Positions 13,456 through 25,503 of a DNA stretch of 64,000 nucleotides are shown in pieces (the stretch's first letter is position 1; every line of letters begins with the position of its first letter). The notes beneath the pieces are model-generated. The model was given only the letters and a program-made list of their open reading frames with translations. It did not search any database and was not told where the DNA came from. A program made the translations under genes and the position numbers. The stretch covers positions 8,680,001-8,744,000 of the forward strand of contig NC_043001.1 of NCBI RefSeq assembly GCF_006345805.1, in the 5' to 3' direction. This DNA comes from Octopus sinensis (lineage: Eukaryota).

Positions 13456-13522
13456 AAAAGATATTTGTTAACCAGTCGTTCAACTCCATTCTTTCATATA
13501 CTTATATTTAAAAAAATATATA

Positions 13523-13564
<42 letters not shown>

Positions 13565-16341
13565 CGAGAGTTTACAAAAAAAAACAATAGACGGAGACAG
13601 GTGGTGTACAAAACAAACAGATGTATTAGGATAATGTTCAGGAATAGAAAAAAGTATTTTACTTTTGGAGCCTACGCTCTTCTACAGAAAGGGACACAGA
13701 AAAAACAATGAGAGAAACAAGGAGAGAAAAAAAAGGAGAGAAAAAATGTGTGTAGTGGCTATATGTATTTGTGCGTGTTACATGTATGGATATATAAGTA
13801 TGCATAAATATATAGGCATGTATATAATCACACACACACACAACACACACACAAAAATACATACATGCATACTTAATATTTCACTGTTTAATAGACAGAA
13901 TCATCATTGTAAAATACGTGCAAGATTTTTTGGGTTCCAGATCTTCATCGGCATGTACAACAATAATTCACTTGTACAACCTTGTATATGAGGATATTAT
14001 TCATTATAAAGACAATATACTGCGGGTCCGAAGCCTATTATGAAATATCGGTAGATTATTTCTCTAATACGGAACAGTAAATATTTTTTTTTCCTGTGGA
14101 ACCTCTTTTTACGCATTTCTTGTTTTGATTTCTCTGCTTACTTTTTTATCCAAATATAGGCGATCAATTATTCTGAAAATAAATACTGGCGTTGTGACTG
14201 ATTTTGTAAAATTTCACATATGTTTTTTATAAATATTTTTTATTCTATGTTATATTCAAGTTATTTAGGATGCCGTTTTGCAATTGACTTTTTCAATCAT
14301 TAGTTTCAAACTAAATACACCCTGTTTTATATATACATATATTTATATACGCACTCTTTACTCTCTCACTTATATATATATATATATATAATATATATAT
14401 ATATAATATATATATATATATATTGCTTTATCTACATCACTGAAGGTAATGCTTTTTCCCTCTCGAAATTGATGTTTACTGGTTTATTTTTAGTATTTAA
14501 TTATCAGTCTAATATTTTATTGTGGAAAATCAAAGATCAATTTTTAGAAAATTAATGGTTTATTAAAGTAGTATAGAGTGGAATATACATTACTTTATTA
14601 TTATATTTTTTCATCTCTAGGCGTTTACATTTCCTGAATTGATGTCAAATGGTGCAACTTCCCTTGAGGCTTTTAATCTATTATATACACCACTGTACAT
14701 TAACTCTGTCCGGTACGTATTATATATTTGTATAATTATCGAATATCTAAATTTCGTGTCTGAAAGAACATTGCGTTTTACGTTTAAAATATAAATACAA
14801 ACACAAACATATCTCATCGTATATAAACGGTTTCTGTCTCATAAATTTCACTTATAAAATAGCAGTCAATCAATTAGAACGTTCGGTAAAAGACTCTTAA
14901 AAATGTGAAACAAAATAACCACAACTAAGTCACTTTGTTTTGAAGGGATCTTATAAACCAGGACCCTATGCCTGCGTGGATGTTTCAATTTACACATGTT
15001 TTCTTAACTATAACGTTACTGTAGAATGGGTTTCGAGGTCAATTTTATAAGGTTCTTGGTATTATATTCAATATAGCTAATTTTGTGATTATATAACTTT
15101 ATATATCACATTAATATATTATGAAAATGAAATAAACATGTTAATACAAATAATGTCACTTTGCCGAAAATTTGTCTTGTGAAAACTTTTTCTGAGATTT
15201 CAAAAGAAACGGGTATCTTAATAATTACTTTATACCACAGTATACCAAATATATTTCAAGATAAGTGTATGTTTGATGTTTGTGCACTTGTATGAGGGCT
15301 TTCTCTGGTTTCAAAAAGACGTTAAGAAAAGACAAATAACCACAAGTCCTACACTGGTATCGCATTCTATTTAATGAATATCATTTATATTACAATAATT
15401 CCTGGGAGAGTATTACCTAAGATTTTTCTTCACATGCGCAAAATAAAATAAAATAAAATCCCATTGTTTTTATACTGACCACATTTGTTAATGTAAATTT
15501 TCAGCTACGTCTAATTAAAATGCAAGAAATGCAGGATGTTTATCAAGCGAATGAACATATCGCTACTCGAGGAAAGTAGCCCTCAGGCCAAACAAATGAA
15601 ACAGCAACAACAAAAATGCAAACTTCGCCTGACTTAAAATATACGTATATTCAGACTGATTGCTTTCTTAATATAGGTATCAGTAAATAGTCAAATGATC
15701 AACATGCTAAAAATCTCCACATAACATGCACGGACGATAAAGCATTTAGATGCTCGATCAATGCGAGAAATCATAGCTAAATTTCCCTTTAACACTAGGA
15801 TATCCTTTGCAAACATTCGTAAGTATAAAAAACGCACAAATATAACATAATATAACATCATAATATAAAATCAAATAAATGTGTCATCCGAAAACAATTA
15901 TCAAAGAAAGAAATGACGGAGTTGATATAAAAACCTACAACGTCTACGTAATGCGAAAATATAATCCAATAAGAATAGATTCAAATAGTACAAAAAAGTA
16001 CGTAACTGATGAACCGACATCGGCAGTAAGACCCTTGATGCTTTGCGCATCAACCCAAAAATGCGTAAAGCTTTCCAAAGAACAGAGAACATATTACTGT
16101 CTTGCAATAAAAACAATTATGTTATTAAGACTATCAAACTGTATTTCATTCTATTGTTTCCAATATATTTCGAAAAATAGCCCCAAAATATATAATACTA
16201 CCCTGGGGATGGATAGAGAGAATAATTCGTAAAACTTACTTTTAGTATAGGTGTGTATGTGTGTGGGGTATTGGTGTGGATGGGATGCATCTAGTTGTGT
16301 GTGTTTTATACAGTTACACATATGTATACATATTTATAAAA

Positions 16342-16640
16342 AAATTAACCGAATGAGATAAAAATTCAAGGCTGTGAAAGATTTCAGAACATTTATAAAT
16401 AGGAGGTCTTACAGCTGTTTTCGGAATATTTATATATCCCTTAATCGGAGACGATGTCAGAAGATAGTTAAGCAATATTTATACTAGAGAAGATAGATAG
16501 GGAAATGGAGGAATGAAAATAGACGTGAGATATGAAGGGATATTGTATCTATAAAATATCCCAGAAACATCTGTAAGACCTCTTTATAAATGTTCTGAAA
16601 TCTTCCACACCCTTGGATTTTTATCTCATTCTGTTAATTT
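16342..16640. mobile_element. Older foldback element (about 90-bp inverted arms) with degenerate hammerhead cores
   Basis: Arms 16342-16431 and 16553-16640; minus strand gtct CCGATTA agggat..attcc GAAAA cagctg TA agac; right arm GAAA catctg TA agac; flanked by TA-rich microsatellite. Confidence 0.65.
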
Positions 16641-16932
16641 ATATATATATGTATATGAATATACATACATACATACCTATATATATATATATATATATAT
16701 ATATTCATGCTAATATGTAATCTGTGTTGAACTCCTCATTCGTATAATCAACGAAACTGCAGCTTAACTATAGTCTGTCCATAGCACTTATTCAGCATTA
16801 CCTCACACCTTTGGGTCTTCTTGACACCATTAGCTCTCATAACCTATATATATTCATATGTATTTATATATGTATACATACACATGTATGCAAGTGCGAG
16901 CGCATGCGTGTACTTATATATACATTCAGGTA

Positions 16933-16980
<48 letters not shown>

Positions 16981-18061
16981 TATGCATATATATGTGTATA
17001 AAATACACTCAACACTGTCTGGCCTTAGAACACCACTCATACCAAGGAAGCTAATGCAATGTAATTGTAACAAATCTCCTTTTATATTCATTGTACATCT
17101 TATATAATCCATTCCAAAAACCATTTCTCAAAGAACAGATTCTACTCCTCCCACCCCTCTGATACAGTCACTTGGGCATCTATTCCTTTTCACTCGAAAG
17201 CCACCTGCTAATAGAATCTGAATGCAAAAGCGTTTCAATAAATACAGAAAACATCCTTGAATAACCTTAATGGAATTAGTTCAAGGGATGTTTATAGAAG
17301 TGTTTCAACCAAGAAGACACGGCTTTTAGTATTTAACAAGGAGAAAATCAGAAATGTTTAAAGGAAAGTAGATTCGTTCCGTAAAATAATTACAGATACA
17401 AAACCTCTCATGACACTGGACAACATACAAATACAAAAACAGTCAATAACCCGAAATAGCCTAAATCATAAAACGAACGAAGATCTTAAATACAATTTAA
17501 AAACAAAAACACGCAATATAAATAAATTCAACTTCACACAGCTGAACAAATAATAAAAAAATAAATATTAAGCACTGAAAAATGAGAAAAAAAAGTACTA
17601 AAATTTGTATGTGACACGAAACGAAATTAATAATGAAAGGGATTGTTGGCAAATTAACATCGACCCAAAAATCACGTACACGCCATGTCAGAGGAAGTGA
17701 TTACGCGCGACCCACACAGCCACCGCAACCAAACGAACTTTTGGAACATTTCACGAAAACCCGCCAGCAGGTAGCAATACAAATAAGGCAGGGACATAAA
17801 AGGAATTACATGCACGTAACACTGGCATCACGAATTTGATCCCTTATTTTAAGCAGAACTTCATAAAGCAATCGAGAGATTTATAATACACAAAAGTCAC
17901 AACCCCGCTTAAATGCATTTTATTATACGAGAGGGACAGCGAAATAGAAAATGAGAGAGAGAAAGAGTGAGAGAGAGTGAGAGAGAGACAGACAGACAGT
18001 CAGAGACAGAAAGAAAGAGAGAAGAAAGAGAGACTCGTTACGCACGCCTTCTATTACACAA

Positions 18062-19616
18062 ACTGTGTGGTTGCAACGATTGAGGTTATGATAATTCTAT
18101 AACCTGAGAAAAAATAAGCAGCTCCAACACTCAACAATACCCAAGTAAAGACGAAAATGCAGGCGCATAAATATACAGTACACATTGGAATATTTCGGAA
18201 GGGTTACTTAATGACCTGACTAAATGAAACATTTGTTTCTCCAAATCACAAAATATAATCTGCAATGTTTACAATTCTATTCCATGAAACACAAGCTGGC
18301 TTTGAAAATAAAACAACGTACACAAAACACTAACTACAAGGAGCATCAGTAAAGCTTCGAATCTATTCACGGCGATTCACTCGTACAAATCTAATCAAGA
18401 CTAGCTTTCGAAGCAGTAAAAAAAATGACGGCTAGTAGCGTATTAGTGTGATCGCCAAGATTAAAACTGCATGATAACAAGATAGAAAATTCTATAATTT
18501 CTCGAACGGATTACCAAACTAATCCCTCGTTTCGACGGGTTTTTCAGCGTACGTACTCTTTTGCTCTTTTTACTTTACTTGTCTCAGTCAATGATTCTGG
18601 CCATGCTGGAGCACCGCCAGGATTTATACTTTGTAAGCCGAGTATTTACTATATCGATCTCTGTTGCCGAAACGCTCACACACCAGCATCCTTTCTCCAG
18701 CGATGGAAGAGTGGGTCAAACAAATGCACAAACATAACATACATATATATATATATGTGGTGTGTGTGTGTGTGGTGTGTGTGGTGTGTGTTGCGTGTGT
18801 GTATGCTGAGACACCTTCGGTCAGATGACCATGGGATTGCACCTAGAAAGTTATACTCCCAGTCACAAGTCCGGGCAAGGTTATTTATGGAAGAGCAGCA
18901 GCCACCCATGTCTGCCAGCCTCCCCTCTCCACTGTGTGGTTGCAACGATTGAGGTTATGATAATTCTATAACCTGAGAAAAAATAAGCGCTCCAACACTC
19001 AACAATACCCAAGTAAAGACGAAAATGCAGGCGCATAAATATACAGTACACATTGGAATATTTCGGAAGGGTTACTTAATGACCTGACTAAATGAAACAT
19101 TTGTTTCTCCAAATCACAAAATATAATCTGCAATGTTTACAATTCTATTCCATGAAACACAAGCTGGCTTTGAAAATAAAACAACGTAACAAAACACTAA
19201 CTACAAGGAGCATCAGTAAAGCTTCGAATCTATTCACGGCGATTCACTCGTACAAATCTAATCAAGACTAGCTTTCGAAGCAGTAAAAAAAATGACGGCT
19301 AGTAGCGTATTAGTGTGATCGCCAAGATTAAAACTGCATGATAACAAGATAGAAAATTCTATAATTTCTCGAACGGATTACCAAACTAATCCCTCGTTTC
19401 GACGGGTTTTTCAGCGTACGTACTCTTTTGCTCTTTTTATACTTTTACTTGTCTCAGTCAATTGATTCTGGCCATGCTGGAGCACCGCCAGGATTTATAC
19501 TTTGTAAGCCGAGTATTTACTATATCGATCTCTGTTGCCGAAACGCTCACACACCAGCATCCTTTCTCCAGCGATGGAAGAGTGGGTCAAACAAATGCAC
19601 ACAAACATATACATAC

Positions 19617-19676
<60 letters not shown>

Positions 19677-19815
19677 GTGTGTATGCTGAGACACCCTTCG
19701 GTCACGAATGACCATGGGATTGCACCTAGAAAGTTATACTCCCAGTCACAAGTCCGGGCAAGGTTATTTATGGAAGAGCAGCAGCCACCCATGTCTGCCA
19801 GCCTCCCCTCTCCAC
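18062..19815. repeat. Near-identical tandem duplication (about 870-bp units, 18062-18930 and 18931-19813) including SINE C and D fragments
   Basis: Both units start actgtgtggttgcaacgattgagg and end gcctcccctctcc; 2-bp (ac) junction microhomology; differences are mostly 1-3 bp indels. Confidence 0.9.
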
Positions 19816-19904
19816 GCCACCAGTGCTGACAAAAGGTTTTAGAAATTGTATCTAACTCCTCTAAAATATTTAAAATTCAATCAGAACAATAAGAATAGCA
19901 AAGT

Positions 19905-20330
19905 TGACATCGGTGGATTTTGAATTCAGAACGTAAAGACAGACGAAATACCTATTTCTTTACTACCCACAAGGGGCTACACACAGAGGGGACAAACAAG
20001 GACAGACAATGGGATTAAGTCGATTACATCAACCCCAGTGCGTAACTGGTACTTATTTATTGACCCCGAAAGGATTAAAGGCAAAGTCGACCTCGGCGGA
20101 ATTTGAACTCAGAACGTAACGACAGACGAAATATCTATTTCTTTACTACCCACAAGGGACTAAAAACAGAGGGGAAAAACAAGGTCAGACAAAGGGATTA
20201 AGTCGATTACATCGACCCCAGTGCGTAACTAGTCGACATCGGCGGATTTTGAACTCAGAACGTATGGCAGACGAAATACCGCTAAGCATTTCAACTGGCG
20301 TGCTAACGTTTCTGCCAGCTCGCCGCCTTA
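19905..20330 (-). mobile_element. SINE family B: one head plus three tandem body units
   Basis: Head aaggcggcgagctggcagaaacgttagc at about 20328; tail-to-body junctions at 20135/20136 and 19952/19953. Confidence 0.85.
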
Positions 20331-20629
20331 TGCATATTTCACATTACTACAAAAATGACGTTCTTCAAATACTGTCTCTTAAACTCAGTCCGTAGAGAAG
20401 ATTAAAAGTACATAATCGCTAAAATATATGTGATGCAGTCACTACATGTAGGGATTCACGCGACCAATAAGAGATTTGTATCAGTCGTATAATGCCAGAT
20501 TCCAGTGATGAATTTTCAATTAAAAGAAAGCCGTCAGTTCTAAATTCTGGCTCTTGTTGTTAATGCATAATGTAAGCATGTTTAGGTATTTTAACACATA
20601 TCTCTATATAGGTACACTTCGTCGATTAA

Positions 20630-20900
20630 GACAACGAGGGTCCCAGCTGATACGATGAACGTAACAGCTGAGCACTCCACAGACACGTGTAACCTTAACG
20701 TAGTTCTCATGGAGATTCAGCGTGACACAGAGTGTGACAAGGCTGGCCCTTTGAAATAGAGGTCCAACTCATTTTTGCCAGCTGAGTGGACTGGATCAGC
20801 GTGAAATAAAGTGTCTTGCTCAAGGACACAACGCGTCGCTGTGAATTGAACTCACGACCTTACGAACGCGAGCCGAATGACCTAAGCATTAAGCCACACG
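20630..20900 (-). mobile_element. SINE related to family A/D, older copy
   Basis: Shares gctgagcactccacagacacgtgt..ttaacgtagttctc..cagcgtgacacagag with family A; degraded tRNA head at the right end. Confidence 0.75.
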
Positions 20901-20921
20901 CCCTCACATATCTCATCTCAA

Positions 20922-21140
20922 TCGAAGGAGAGGGGCTTTCTCCGTCCGGGTTGCGGATCCGTGGAATAAGCTGCCGGGCGAGATAGTGAAGATGCCGACG
21001 ACCGCTCGATTCAAAGTCTCCCTTGACCAGAAATGGCCTGAAATCTTTGCATGAACACCACCCCGTACATAACTCCATGTCCCCCTACATGGCCTTGCTT
21101 TTTGCTTTTTGAGGCAAAAAATTAACTTATCTCAACTATC
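20922..21140 (+). mobile_element. CR1-like LINE 3' end
   Basis: Translates RRGAFSVRVADPWNKLPGEIVKMPTTARFKVSLDQKWPEIFA*, the typical CR1/L2 ORF2 C-terminus, followed by 3' UTR hairpin ccatgt/acatgg. Confidence 0.75.
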
Positions 21141-21564
21141 TATATATATATACAGGCACACACAGACACTCTCACACATATGAACACATGCACACATTTC
21201 ATCTACAATACATTGTAGATAAAGCGACTGAAATTAGAGTTGTATCCTTAGGAAGTACGCCTGCGAATATTGCCAATCAGTTGTATTTTTGTAGATGTTT
21301 AATCTTTAACGAGAATCTTATCCATAGACGCTGATATTGTGAATCAACGGGATTGGTTGTAGAGAACTATTTATGACATGGATGCTTAAAATAATGTACA
21401 TATTCTCTATTATGAATTGATTAAATTCATGTTAATATTAATTTTTATGTTCATAAAATGTATTTCCCATGTTACGTGGAAACATTTACGAGTAGAGAAT
21501 TAAAAATAATACCACAAATTCTACTTATTCTGCGTGTGTGTAGCAGCAGCAGCACAGCAGCAGC

Positions 21565-21643
<79 letters not shown>

Positions 21644-21911
21644 TAATATAAAAAGAGAGACAATGCGCCAGAGGCGAAGGGTTTTAGTGGTTCATAGATG
21701 TTAATGTAGTTTCGTAACCAATATAGAATAGGTAAGTCAGAGTAGAATATAAAGCAGTTGTAACCTCTACGTGTTAAGAATTTTCTTTCCTCTCACCATT
21801 ATTTATTATTTATTTGTTTATCTTTTATACCACGAACTAAATATTACTTTTTGTATATGTCATTTTTTTTTCAGTTCCATGCTTCGTTTTAGTGACATTG
21901 GAAGCTCATCA

Positions 21912-22555
21912 AGAAGAATATTTAATCAAACAGTTTTGTATAAATTTGATGATATTCTCCTGTCATTTTATTCATTTCTCCAGGGCCTGATGTTAATAAG
22001 CCGCAAACATATTTCTCCTCATGCATTCTGAGAAGTGAAAGTGAAGCAGATTCATATTATATTCTGGGAATATACACTTTCAAGTCTTCTTGAAAATTGC
22101 AGCCGTTCAAAACGAAATGTTCAGCAAGTTCTGCCGAACTACTGTTATTGTGCCTGACGCCGAATCTGTGCCCATTAAAACTTTTGTTTAATTGTTCTAT
22201 TATACAACCAACCTAAATCATGTGTTTCGTGAACTCTGCCCCGTACACCAAATGGTAATCTCTGCATGTTCCACCTTCTGTATAAATCATAGCATTTCTG
22301 TTATGATTCCTGATGGAATTCACTTCACTCATGTTGTTGCATAATGAACATGTCTTAACTTTCTTGCGGCTGTTCTTTAAGGTACAGCGTGCAGATACTC
22401 CAATGTTTGTTTTCTTGGAGTCAGAAATAGAGGTCAATAATTCTCTTATATTCTTATTCCTTCTAAAGGCTGAGGAAATATCTGTTTGAAACGAGGATAT
22501 TTTGTCGCCACATGCAAGTTAACTTCCATGCAACATATTTGAAATGCCAGCGAAA
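21912..22555 (-). mobile_element. Penelope-like element, linker + GIY-YIG endonuclease region (degenerate)
   Basis: Minus strand SAFRRNKNIRELLTS, then GGTCRDYHLVY..VGC..FNGHRFGV..ELAEHF (Neptune-type GIY-YIG), with stops. Confidence 0.75.
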
Positions 22556-23694
22556 TTTTGGTGCCAGTTAATCACAAAATGAATTCTGTCATCTATTGTA
22601 TTGTGTTTGCTAAAATTATGCCAATTTCGCAATGGCTGGCTTTCTACTCCCCGTCGCAAAACGATCAAGTTATTATATTCGGGATACTTTTGATTTTGTA
22701 TCTAAAATCAACAATTTTTTTAAGCACCGAGGCCGTGTCGAGAACTGCTTTTTGGTAACCATGAATGTTTCTTCTTTATATCCCAATATTGACCGCCATG
22801 CAAGGGTAGAAGCATGCATAGATGCCTAAGAAAAGCGGCCAAACAAAAGTATTCCATGAAATTTTCTCTGTAGATTATTGAAGATTGTGTTAGAAAGTAA
22901 CACAATGAAGTTTAGACAAAGCTTTTACCACCAGAGGAAGGGTTGCACCATGGTTACCCCCATGGCAGTTAATTTCGCTAATGTCTTCATGACGAAATTT
23001 GACACAGAGTTACTGAAGACATTCAAATCCATTCATGGTCATGAACCAATACTCTGGTTACGGTTCATTGATGACGTATTTCTTTGTCTGGAAAGGACCA
23101 CAGGATAGTTTAATTTAACTTCTTGCATGCTAGGAACCATGGTTTTACGTCCAGCATGAAATTTACGTCTAGTTTTTCAAAAAATTGCGTTGAATGTTTA
23201 GACACAACAGTCAAATGTTTTGGAGGTAGAATAGCGACAAAGTTATTTTAGAAGCCCACGTCATCCCACATTTATATCCACCGCCGCTCCGACCATCCAC
23301 ATCATATTATTCGCTCAAATCCGAAATCCCCATGTTTTAGTATAAAATGGATTTGTACTGACATAGGAGATTCCTGGAAACATGCTAATGCCTTTGCATA
23401 TCTGTACCTTGAAACAGCTGTAAGAGAGGTAAGCCCTGTTCATTGTGCAACAACCTGAGTGAAGTGAATTCCATCAGAAATCAACAGAAATGTTATAAAT
23501 TATACAGAAGGTGGGACATTTAGAGATTTCCATTTGGTGTACGCGCAGAGTGCATGAAACACAACTTAATTTATGCTGGTTGTAAAACAACAATTAAACA
23601 ATAGGTTTTATGGGCACAGATTCACAACTGTCAATAAACTGATAGGAGAATATTATCTAAATTTATACAAAACTGTTTGATTAAATATTCTTCT
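22556..23694 (+). mobile_element. Penelope-like element, RT + internally deleted GIY-YIG region (degenerate)
   Basis: YIRDTFDFVSKI..LVTMNVSSLYPNI, KIVLESNTMKF..YHQRKG..NFANVFM..WLRFIDDVF, KPTSSHIY; the 3' part is a diverged copy of the minus-strand segment at 21912-22350 and ends at the same point. Confidence 0.85.
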
Positions 23695-23984
23695 TTTTCT
23701 TTTTTCTTTCCTCGTTTTTTCTGCCTTTTTTCTATCAGCTTTCTTCTGTTTTTTTCTGTCTTTTTCTTTTCGCCTGTTATAAAACTGAAACTTAAAAACT
23801 GATGTCATTCCATCGACATATGGACGCTGGTTGCACTTGTTCATACATTGCATTTAAATTTCTATAATTTTGAAATTTTATCACTTCTAATGTTGAACTT
23901 CAAAAGACAGACTTACTGTTGATATATCGTTTAGCCAATAAAATATCTATTATTATTATTAATATTATTATTATTGTTAATCAG

Positions 23985-24450
23985 GTAGCGAGCTGGCAGA
24001 ATCGCTAGCAGGCCGGGCAAAATCCTTAGCTGTATTTCGTCAGTCGTCACCTTTTGAGTTCAAATTCCACAGTAGTCGTCTTTGTCTTTCATCTTTTCGG
24101 GGGTCGATAAATTAAGTACCAATTATGCACTGGGGTTGATGTAATCGACTGGTCCGCTCTCCCAAATTTCATACCTCGTGCCTATAGTAGAAAGGATTAT
24201 TATTGTTATTATCAACAGCAGGTGGAGCAGTAGTAGTAGTAAAGCGGTGAGCTGGCAGAAGCTTTAGCACGCCTGGCAAAATGCTTGGCGTTGTATCATT
24301 CGTTATTACGTTCTAAGTTCAAATTCTGCCGAGCTCGTCATAGCATTTCATCATGTTCGAGACGATAAATACCAGGTGTCAACTTCGGAGGATGTAATCG
24401 ATTTTTCCGCCCTTCACATTTGCTAGCCTTTTGCCAACATACGAAATCGC
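23985..24450 (+). mobile_element. Two older SINE family B copies (23985-24200, 24243-24450)
   Basis: Heads aggtagcgagctggcagaatcg and aagcggtgagctggcagaagc; gagttcaaattc B box. Confidence 0.75.
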
Positions 24451-25170
24451 CAGTAGCATTATTTAAAGAAGTATAAGAAATGCAAATCACAGATGTTAAC
24501 AATCGTCATTTAGCACGAGGTTCGTTTAAACAAAAATATTTAACTAAGGTATTTGTACTTTTAACTCACGACCTCATTTCGAAGAATCCTCATCATAACG
24601 GTAGCATTTATATCGGAAATACAATATATCGATTATTAACTGTTGGATCAATGTATTTGTTTGCCTAACATCCTAGTTTTAATCCCAGAATAATCTGATT
24701 AGGAAAACGGGAGACAGTAATCAAGGCAGCGAAAGCGGTTCTGTTAATATTATCCGACGTTTGATGTCATCATAATGACATACCTAAGATATTCAAATTT
24801 GTGGAATTCATGGATCTGGTTATAATAGTTTAGCATTACGTATGAACGTTTATATGAAGTATATCTGTTGTGCCTGTATACAGCTAAGACATTTATTCTC
24901 TCATAATGAATGTGAAACAAAATAAATATCAAATACAGTGCATATGAACGCATAAGTGCACAAAGTGTGCTTTGAGATGCTGCAAAGATTATGTTGCCAC
25001 AGCGACGCATTCTTTAAAGGTTTTGTTGCATATAAAAATCGCTGTATATTAATTGAAAGGCATTTAAAACGCCAGATACGAGCAATACAATATGACACAC
25101 GAATAAATATACATAGATATAGATGCATATAGACATACATACATACATAAATAATTTATATATAATATAA

Positions 25171-25219
<49 letters not shown>

Positions 25220-25239
25220 AATATATATATATATATATT

Positions 25240-25285
<46 letters not shown>

Positions 25286-25312
25286 ATTTATATATATATA
25301 TATATAGATATA

Positions 25313-25367
<55 letters not shown>

Positions 25368-25447
25368 GATATATATTTTAATATATATATTATATTATAT
25401 TTATATATCTATATATATTATTATATATATATATTATATATTTATAT

Positions 25448-25501
<54 letters not shown>

Positions 25502-25503
<2 letters not shown>

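Larger units (their letters stand above)
12814..13506. mobile_element. Foldback (about 330-bp arms, 29-nt spacer) of a Penelope-type 3' terminal repeat
   Basis: 12814-13145 is the reverse complement of 13175-13506; both arms carry a hammerhead motif; homologous to the 3' end of the Penelope copy at 55690-55910. Confidence 0.85.

Noticed and set aside
14434-14475. acatca CTGAAGG..GAAA t tgatgt hammerhead-like relic
   Set aside because: A9 mutated, no stem II and no NUH triplet.
17620-17900. Moderately CpG-rich stretch with GGAAGT motif, and the similar 49900-50060 and 50990-51270 stretches, as promoters
   Set aside because: Short motifs alone do not support a promoter call, and no linked gene was identified.
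24787-24906. Minus-strand open segment ending at a good donor (cttag|gtatgt)
   Set aside because: Unrecognisable peptide; splice-like signals are common by chance in AT-rich DNA.
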